DNA of 10,792 bases. Source: Paraspadella gotoi (lineage: Eukaryota; Animalia; Chaetognatha). Below the pieces are notes generated by a model that saw only the letters and a list, made by a program, of their open reading frames with translations, searched no databases and was not told where the DNA came from. A program made the position numbers and the translations under genes. This document shows, in pieces, positions 1 to 7,327 of this stretch (positions are counted from its first letter, which is position 1; every line of letters begins with the position of its first letter). The stretch lies in the NCBI GenBank assembly GCA_051294375.1, contig JBJCIZ010000305.1, positions 1 through 10,792 on the forward strand. Reading direction: 5' to 3'.

Positions 1-5
1 CTACA
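1..5 (-). repeat. Probable first bases of the 3' LTR (TGTAG)
   Basis: TG start directly after the PPT. TGTA is the inverted repeat of TACA at the proposed 5' LTR end. Only 5 nt are visible. Confidence 0.45.
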
Positions 6-16
6 CCCCCACCTCC
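6..16 (-). promoter_or_regulatory. Putative polypurine tract (plus-strand primer)
   Basis: GGAGGTGGGGG is immediately followed by TGTAG at the 3' end of the element. Confidence 0.6.
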
Positions 17-94
17 AGCGCTCCATCAGAGCGGTGGAAACAACTCCAACAAGAACCACTCTGGTCTGAAGAGGCGGTGCGGAAATATGACCTT

Positions 95-243
95 AGAGGA
101 AAAGGAAGAATCAAGAAAGAGGAAGAGAAGAGATAAGGAAAGAGGGAAATGAAGTAAAGATCTAAGAATAGAAAAGAAAAAATAAATAAAAAGGAGAAAA
201 AAAAAAAAAAAAAAATGAGAAAAAAAGAGAAAAGGAGGAGAAA
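95..243. repeat. Polypurine (+) / polypyrimidine (-) low-complexity tract
   Basis: About 150 nt almost entirely A/G on the + strand, including a long A run near 197-215. Confidence 0.85.
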
Positions 244-525
244 ATATTATTTTATTTGTATTACCCCCTTTAATGCCTGTCAAAAAACTGTACTTTCTCT
301 TAATTTTATGTGAATGAATCTCTCTAATGTTTGAATGTCAATCAATAACAATGTAAATAAAATTTTTGCACTGAATACACAATTATAGAACATGTCACTT
401 TGCGTCGAAATAAACTTTCTTTAAATTTGCGTCGAATTACTTTTAGAGAACGATCAGTTGAGCAACGAGAAGACTAATTCTACCATTCAAATTTCTTCGT
501 CACTTGGCTATGATAAGCGTCGATG

Positions 526-636
526 AAATACGAAATACGAATAACGAACTACGAAAGATTGATCGTCGAAAAATATGCGATACGAAGTAACTACGAAAAT
601 CACGAAATACGAAGTAAACTACGAAAGTTGATCGTC
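526..636. repeat. Degenerate (T)ACGAA tandem repeat with internal duplications in the 3' UTR
   Basis: Nine ACGAA copies in 529-625. aactacgaaag(a)ttgatcgtc occurs at 547-567 and 617-636; atacgaagtaa(a)ctacgaaa at 580-598 and 607-626. Confidence 0.8.
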
Positions 637-868
637 TCTTTGACATAATTACTGAAATTTTAGCTGAATTTTTTTTTTTTTTTCACATGATCCGTCAAAA
701 TAAATTAAACGAACGTAACGTAAAGGAGTCCGAATATTTCAAATAAGTCCGTGATCAAGTATCATTTCCGAGTTCATATTCCGGTTCCGGATTAGGCGAA
801 GCCGTGGCTGTTGAGCTATTCGGCTCCGGACGAGCGCCGCGCCGCGTCCGGCCCGCCGGGGAATCGGC

Positions 869-889
869 GGGGGGGGGGGGGGGGGGGGG
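869..889. repeat. G21 homopolymer (poly-Pro on the minus strand)
   Basis: 21 consecutive G. Confidence 0.9.
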
Positions 890-910
890 TGGACTTCGGC
901 GCCTCGTCTC

Positions 911-1703
911 TCATACGTCGTCGCTGTCCATCTTTGAAAGCGGGGTCTCCTCGTCTTCGCCGAGAAGGGCTCTCTCCTCCGCCGGAGTGAGTTCCGGTAT
1001 CGAGGGGGAAGGAGGGAGTTGCGATGGGTTCTCGGCGACCGAGACAAAGGAGTCGTCGTCATCAGAAGCCACATTTGTCGAAGAAGTTGTCGGATGCACG
1101 ACCGTCGCCGACGAAGATACAGAAGGGGCGACGCTTGAGTCAGAAGACTTTTCGATGTGAACGGACGCCGTGGCTCGAAATTCTTCGCGTACATCTTGGT
1201 TGTGGAGACCGCGAGGGTTCGGATTCCGCTGGAGCGTAGTCGTCGGCAGGCGTTTTTTCGAAGAACGCGGACGATCCTTGCCCTCCAACCAACGCTTATA
1301 TCCGCGCCACCATTTCTCGTCGTGCTTCGATAGGCCACCGGCTTGTAGTTGCTGGTCCACATCGCGTTGGGCGTCTTCAAGAGACCGACGTTTTTGCGTT
1401 TTCGGTCGAAAGGCTGGTTCCTCGTCCTCTCTCTTTCTTTCTTCTCTCTTCCTCCTTTCTTCTTCCAACCTCTTCTTGTCCTCTGCCGCCATCTTCTCCT
1501 CTCTCTCGATCTCTTCCTCCTCCCTCCTTTTCTCCTCTTCGCTTTTCGGGATGTCGACGATATTGTCCAGACTGGGTGATGAGCCGAAATCTCGCCGCCT
1601 CCTCTCCCGAACCTTCATCTCCAGCCAATCTACGTCAACTTGACCGAGAAAATACTCGACGCCGAGGGTGGAGTCGGGGGAATCGGTGACGAGTGTTCCG
1701 CGT
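911..1703 (-). CDS. Accessory gene exon 2 (ORF track 911..1618): E/R/K-rich helix, Trp-rich helical patch, S/D-rich disordered tail
   Basis: The frame is open upstream of ATG 1618 back to the acceptor (RGTLVTDSPDSTLGVEYFLGQVDVDWLE-MKV). Contains EEEKRREEEEIEREEK...REERKREDEE and KHDEKWWRGYKRWLEGK. Confidence 0.7.
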
Positions 1704-1857
1704 CTAGAATGAGGAGGGAAGTGGAGGAAAAGTAAGGGACAGAGGGGAAAGGGGAAGGGGAAAAAGATAACATATTAATAATCATTACGTAATTCATGAG
1801 ACAGATTGCAATTTCAAGTATTTGTTTTTTATCGCGAACAAATTCATTCTAAAAAAC
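1704..1857 (-). other. Putative 154-nt GT-AG spliceosomal intron (phase 2)
   Basis: Donor CGGAG|GTTTTT, AT-rich body, about 60-nt polypyrimidine tract (1707-1768), acceptor ATTCTAG|ACGC. Splicing gives AG+A=AGA and joins the two ORFs in frame. Confidence 0.75.
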
Positions 1858-3005
1858 CTCCGTTGGCCGGGCTCAGTGGGAGTCGTCAAGTCGTGAATGG
1901 GGGTGGAGGTCTGATTAGGCGAGTACATAGCGACGCGCCCCAAAATGCCGGACGAAAGATCAAAATTGATCTCGGTTTCTCGGCGCGCTGCTCTCTCAGC
2001 TGCTTCTTCCTCTTCGGCTCTGTTGTACCAAGACTTGTTTGTCGTCGGTCGGAATCGTTCATGCAAAGGGGTCAGCATCGGAAGTTGGGGCGATCTGAAG
2101 CCACCTTTGGCGGTCTTAGGCAAGTCTTTGAATCCGAAGGGATCATCGTTGTTTTTCTCGCCGTCGTCTTCTTCCATTTTTTCTTCTTCATTCTCATCAT
2201 CTTCTTCCACGGTTGAGAGAGACCCGGCCGGTTGGTGGTCAGCGACGGCCACCAAATCAGCCGGAGGTTGGGAGGCGCCTGCCACGGGGCCAGGATTGGC
2301 CTTCGCAGCGCGCACCTCCTTCACCCACTTCCTGTGATCAAACATTCTCTGGTTATGCTTGGCCTGACGCCTCACGCTCCTCCTCTTTTTCCTCTGTCCC
2401 GTTTGAGGAAGCGTGGAAGTCGCTTCCTTGCCCAGGACACCTTTCCCCTCTCCCTCCGGCAAATCCGGCTCCGCCTCCAGCATCACTATGCGTCGCACCG
2501 GAGCTGGAGGAGGAGTCGGGACCTGAGGGGTAGGGGAAACCTCTGCGGGGCGTGAGGCGTCGGAGGGAGCGCGCCCGGAGGACGATCCCTCCGCTGAGGT
2601 GAATGATCCCAGGAATCGCCGGGCCTCCTCTAAATCGCGGAAAGATCTCGTCTGCATTTTGGCAACTGAAGCATCAGGGGCGCTCGAGACGGTGCAAACT
2701 GGCGACCAATTTGCCTGGTCAGTGATGATGATAGATCGGGATGGACCGCTATCTCTCAGCTTCCAAAGGGCAATTAGAGCCCCTTCTGGTGGAAGCAGAG
2801 CAATGATATCGCCTGCATCCGCCCAAGCGCCAAGCTGCTGTTCCATTTCTTCCGCCGACAGTGCGCCGATGAGGGCGTAGACTGGTGCCCTGTATTTGCG
2901 TCGTCCAAAAACAACCCAAGCCGCCGAGGTTCCAACGACGATAGGATGAAAACTCATCATCGTCGTCAGTCTTCCTGGGTAGACCATCGAACGAGTATTC
3001 GCCAT
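1858..3005 (-). CDS. Accessory gene exon 1 (ORF track 1794..3044): globular N-terminal domain, possibly SpoIIAA-like/STAS-SEC14, then a disordered P-rich, basic and acidic region
   Basis: Long GC-rich ORF in the same sense as pol, first ATG at 3005 (ACGATGG). Coding-like composition stops abruptly at AG|GT 1858/1857. QRKKRRSVRR basic patch and EEDDENEEEKMEEDD acidic patch. Confidence 0.7.
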
Positions 3006-3034
3006 CGTTATGTGGGTATTATCGAAAATTCGCT

Positions 3035-3070
3035 CTGAAAACACAGCGACGAGTCAAAGAATTGGTGTCA
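3035..3070 (-). promoter_or_regulatory. Putative splice acceptor upstream of the accessory gene
   Basis: Minus strand reads ...TTCTTTGACTCGTCGCTGTGTTTTCAG|AGCG with AG at 3036-3035, 29 nt before ATG 3005. It sits at the switch from AT-rich spacer to GC-rich coding sequence. Confidence 0.6.
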
Positions 3071-3170
3071 AATAGAAATAAGAAAAAACTTTTTTTTTTT
3101 TTTGCAAACCATACAATTGTACAAAGCGTTCTCGTCTTAACTTGAATTATAACAATTCCGAAAGTCGGAA

Positions 3171-3180
3171 NNNNNNNNNN
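3171..3180. other. Assembly gap (10 N) next to a T homopolymer
   Basis: N run in the sequence between pol and the accessory gene. Confidence 0.99.
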
Positions 3181-3296
3181 TTTTTTTTTTTTCAAGTTCA
3201 TAAAATTCGCAAAATTTGTAAATCGTTTCTCATCATCTTGCGTCAACTGTACTAAACGATTAGTCGTCGAGTAAGTCGACAATACATATAAAAAAG

Positions 3297-4093
3297 CTAA
3301 TCACATTCAAGAGGCACTAAACGATTACGGTCGCGTTCGAAGTATTTGTCTCCTGCTGTTCGGATGGTCACGCGTCGAACGTGACCTCCATTTCCTACGT
3401 CGACCACGCGTGCGAGCCTCCATTGATCCCTTGCTTTGAGTTCGTCGACCATGAGCACGATCTGACCTTCTTTCAGGTTTTCTTGCGTGGTTGACCATTT
3501 TTGTCTCTCCTGCAAAGTAACCACGTATTCCTTTGTCCATCGATCCCAGAATTCGTCGCTGATTCGTCGAGCCTCTTTCCAAGAGCTTCTGAGCGCCTCG
3601 CCGTCGAGGGATTCGGGAGGTACGATGATCCTTCTCGAGGGAGCATGAACGCCGGGATATAAGAAATCTGCTGGCGTCAGCGCGTCGAGACTGTCCGGAT
3701 CATCTGGGACCCTCGTGAGCGGGCGTCGATTGAGGATGCCTTCTACTGAAGCTAAGGCGGTCGTCAATACTTCGACGTTGAGTTTATCTTTTGCGAGCAA
3801 AACCGTCAAATGTTTTTTCGTTGATTTTATCAACCGTTCCCAGACGCCGCCCCAGTGAGACGCAAGAGGCGGCGAAAAGGTCCATTCGATGCCGTATTCG
3901 ATCATGCTCCGAGAAATCTGTTCGTTTTTCCATCTCTCGACCGCCGCCCTGAGCTCCGCATCGGCGCCGTGAAAATTGCTTCCATTGTCGCTGTAGAAGC
4001 GTTTGGAGCCTGGTCGGCGCGCGTTGAATCGCACGAGAGCGTTGATGAAAGATGAAGCCGATAAGTCGTGCAAAACCTCAAGGTGAACCGCGC
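3297..4093 (-). CDS. pol: Pol part 2: integrase catalytic core and DUF5641-like C-terminus, displaced by a 1-nt deletion; ORF track 3297..4283
   Basis: RAVHLEV, FYSDNGSNF (second D), GGVWERLIK (E), LNRRPL, LTPADFL, FWDRWTKEY...GQIVLMVDE...WRLARV. Inserting one C at about 4094 restores FTCMKCRAVHLEV. Confidence 0.93.
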
Positions 4094-7000
4094 GCATTTC
4101 ATGCACGTGAAGAGGACGACCCAGCGTTTCGCGCTGCCGCGTCCTCCGTGTACGACACGAAACGGGCCGAACGCGTCCACGCCCGTTGCTTCGAAAGGTG
4201 CTCCTTGATCGAGTCGATCGGCTGGTAAGTCTCCCATTTTTTGCGTCGCAGGGGGACGAAAGTTTCTTTGACAGATGACGCAACGTCGCAGCAGCAGGCG
4301 TAATACCTGCCGCATCGAGGGAAAGAAGAAGCGGCGTCGAATCACGGACATGACTTGCTCGACGCCCGCGTGTCCTTCCGTGAAATGTATGTGACGTATG
4401 TAGTCATCGACGTTGTCATCCTTTTTTGGCAAGACGATCGGATGGCGGGTGCTGTACGGAAGGTTGGCTTTTCCGATTCTACCGCCAACTCGAATGATGT
4501 CTTCGTCGTCGAGAAACGGATTGAGCGAGCGGAGCTTCGATTTTTTAAGCGTCAACTCCGCGCGTGCGTCCGGTGAATGTATCCTTTTTTCCTTGAGCTG
4601 GTTATACTCGTCCGCGTAGTACTTTTGCTGTAGTGCTCGACACAGCATTTTTTCTGCATCTTTCGTTTCTTTTAACGTCGTAGTACGAATTTTTTGTGGC
4701 TGAGCATTCGAATCCGTTTTCAATGCTCTTCTCCATTCGATCCAACGGGTTATAGATTTTTTCATTCCCGCGATCAGATAAAGTTTTTTGCGCGTGTCCG
4801 ACGTTTGTTTTGCGATCCGCAAAACCCAGTTTTCTTTTGGTTTCTCGTCGTCGTTCTCGATTTCTTCTGCTTCGGTCGCCAAGAGGTCCACTGCTAACGG
4901 CGTCGGGGAAAGCTTCTGTTCCGGCCATTCTTCCTCCGGGCGTCGAAGGAAATCGGGACCGGCGTGAAAGCGTGCCCACTTGGTATCGTCGACGCATAGA
5001 CCGCGGCTGCAATCGTCGGCCGGATTCTCGTCCGTATGTACGTATCTCCATTCGCTGACGTCCGTCAGTTCCCTAATACGAGACAAACGATTTTTAAAAA
5101 ATGCGGCAAATTTTGATTTTCTATCGAATATTTGTTTCAATACGGTCTCGGAGTCTGTCCACATGACCACTCTTTCAAACTTGTCGTTGGAGCATTCCTC
5201 GACGATGGTATGTCTGACTTCTGCTGCAAGACATGCTGCTGTGAGCTCCAAACGCGGGATGGAATTGTGGTGCGATGCCTTCGCCGAATCTAGGGGTGTA
5301 ACTCGGGCTCTAGATAAAACAAAAGCTACATGAGATTCTCCTCCATCTGGAGGCAAAGTACGACGATAAACAGATACACCATAACCCTCATGACTTGCGT
5401 CTGCAAAAACGTGTAACTCAGCCTTGTCGTTCGTAGTTTCCCGTGTCGCGATCCATCGCTTGATTTCGAAGTCCTTCAGTTTGGGCATCTGATCGCGCCA
5501 GGCGTCGAATTCTTTGATGATCTCGTCGGGCAGCGGAGAATCCCAGTCGACTGCTGCTGCTGTGGCTCGTTGGAACAAGCTTCGACCTTTGAGAATAAAT
5601 GGTGAAACCAAGCCTAACGGGTCGAACAGACTCGCTGTTAGAGAGAGAATCTGTCGCTTCGTCAGGCACTTTTTCGCTATCTTTTCCTCGTTCACGCCGA
5701 AGGAGAAAACGTCGCGTTTAAACGTATAGCGTGTACCAAGTACCTTGTCAAAATGTTCGTCTTTATCGTTGTCGTTTCCGTCTGTAAGTGATTTTTCTCC
5801 GTCGATAACCTTGTCTGGTTCGTCTTCTAACACCGCTGGCGACGAGCATTTCCATTTGGTCAGGTCGAAACCTCCCCGACGGAGAGCATCCGTCAAGCCT
5901 TCCTTCAGATCACGCGCGGACTGGACGTCCGGGGTAGATCCGAGAAAGTCATCAACGTAGAACTGGTTGATGATGGCCTCGACCACTTCCAAAGGAATCA
6001 TGCCTCTCATCGACTCGGCGTGCGTCTTCAACGTGTAATTCGCGACAACTGGGGAACTTTTCGCACCAAAGATGTGTACCTTGAGTTCAAAAAGAGCCAG
6101 TTTAGTACAGGCGTCGTCTTCAAACCACCAATATCGAAAAACGTGAACATCGTTCTCGTCTACAAATACCTGGTGAAAGAACCCGCGTATATCTGCCGAG
6201 AGGGCGATCTCATGACGTCGGAATCGTAGTAAGACCCCGAGCATGTTCGTCATGTAATCGGGACCGGTCAGCAATTCGTCATTAAGGCATCTACCTCTTA
6301 CGCTGGCACGAGCGTCGTGACATATCCGTACTTTGTCTTTGTCGGGACGTACAACGACGAGAAGGGGAAGGATCCATTGTGGGAGTGACGTCGGTAAGCC
6401 GTCAGTCCCCACCTTGACCGCATGACCCTCCTCGACGAATTTTTTCATCTCATCGACGACCTTCTTTTTGTCTCCTTGGCGGCGCTCGAGTTTCCTCATG
6501 AGAGAACGGAGGCGGTTAAGAGCCATCGTGCCCGAATCCCTCCCATTTAAAATCTCAGCAGCCTTTTCTCTACCTCGCATCCAAGGGAGACCGACAAAAT
6601 AGTGACCTACTTCATCGTCGAACTTAATTGACGCCTTGAGTTGTTCCATTGCGAATTCGTCTTCTACCGACGGGAGTTTCTTGGTGCTCGGAGCCGGGAT
6701 GAAGTCGCGATAGAAAAGGCGTCGAACGTCTTCTCTCAGTTTATCCTCGTCTTCTTCAACGTATTCGGCGGTCATGCGTGCGCAGTTCATATCGTCACTG
6801 CCTTTTCCATCTCTTGGACCGATCAGAGTCCAGCCGAACATTGTTTTGATGGCGACCGGTTGATCCTGGGGCCCTCGTCGACATTCTCCATCCACCCAAG
6901 TGTAGGCGTAGTTGGCTGGGAGGAGCACACCAACCTCCTTGTCCGGGAGATTGGGGAACGTTACCCCCTCGAGATGAGGTTTGTCGGCCACATCTGCATC

Positions 7001-7324
7001 GCACGGGGGGAGATCGTCCTCTGAAGTCAGCAAACATCCCACAATTGCCTTCCTAATAGAAAGAGAAAAAGTTCCATCAAGAGGTTCAATGTTAAAATCA
7101 GCTACCTTTTTATTTACAATAACATCACTATCTAAAGTACGAATTCTCATTTTTACATCATCACAAATTATACTCAGGTCGTTAGCAATGTTTTCTTTTA
7201 ATACGCAGCGATTACAACCGCTGTCGATCATTGCGTAGGTCGTGCGTTTGCGCCCGTTCAACTCGACGACGACCGGCACGACGGGACGAAAGGTCGCCTC
7301 TCCAGGAGCGGACGCAACCGCGAG
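4094..7324 (-). CDS. pol: Pol part 1: aspartic protease, reverse transcriptase, RNase H (Pao Peptidase_A17-type region), integrase Zn finger and first catalytic Asp; ORF track 3902..7279
   Basis: AMIDSG (Asp codon 7223-7225), YVDD (5948-5959), DAS (5393-5401), NPADD (about 5012-5026), H-X4-H...CVIC (about 4270-4395), TGVDAFGPF. There is no ATG before the protease; the frame is open from the gag stop. Confidence 0.95.
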
Positions 7325-7327
7325 TCA
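7244..7327 (-). promoter_or_regulatory. Candidate gag-pol stop-codon readthrough signal: UGA-CUC plus downstream stem-loop
   Basis: AGU UGA CUC is in frame. The arm GCGGUUGCGUCCGCUC (7321-7306) pairs with GAACGGGCGCAAACGC (7259-7244) at 14 of 16 positions. An inner stem GGCGACC/GGUCGUC lies at 7298-7292 and 7274-7268. Confidence 0.7.

Noticed and set aside
255-272. AAAGGGGG (minus strand) as the PPT
   Set aside because: It is followed by TAATAC rather than a TG LTR start; the tract at 6-16 followed by TGTAG fits better.
26-283. 85-aa Phe/Leu-rich ORF that looks like a membrane protein
   Set aside because: The hydrophobicity is an artefact of translating the polypyrimidine tract.
526-636. 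CRISPR-like array
   Set aside because: Units are 5-20 nt, degenerate and lack unique spacers; there are no cas genes and the context is a eukaryotic retroelement.
911-3044. Calling the downstream ORFs env
   Set aside because: No evident signal peptide, no C-terminal transmembrane helix, almost no Cys, and a highly charged, disordered composition.
3019-3282. 87-aa ORF between pol and the accessory gene
   Set aside because: It spans the N gap and homopolymer runs in an AT-rich spacer and has no coding features.
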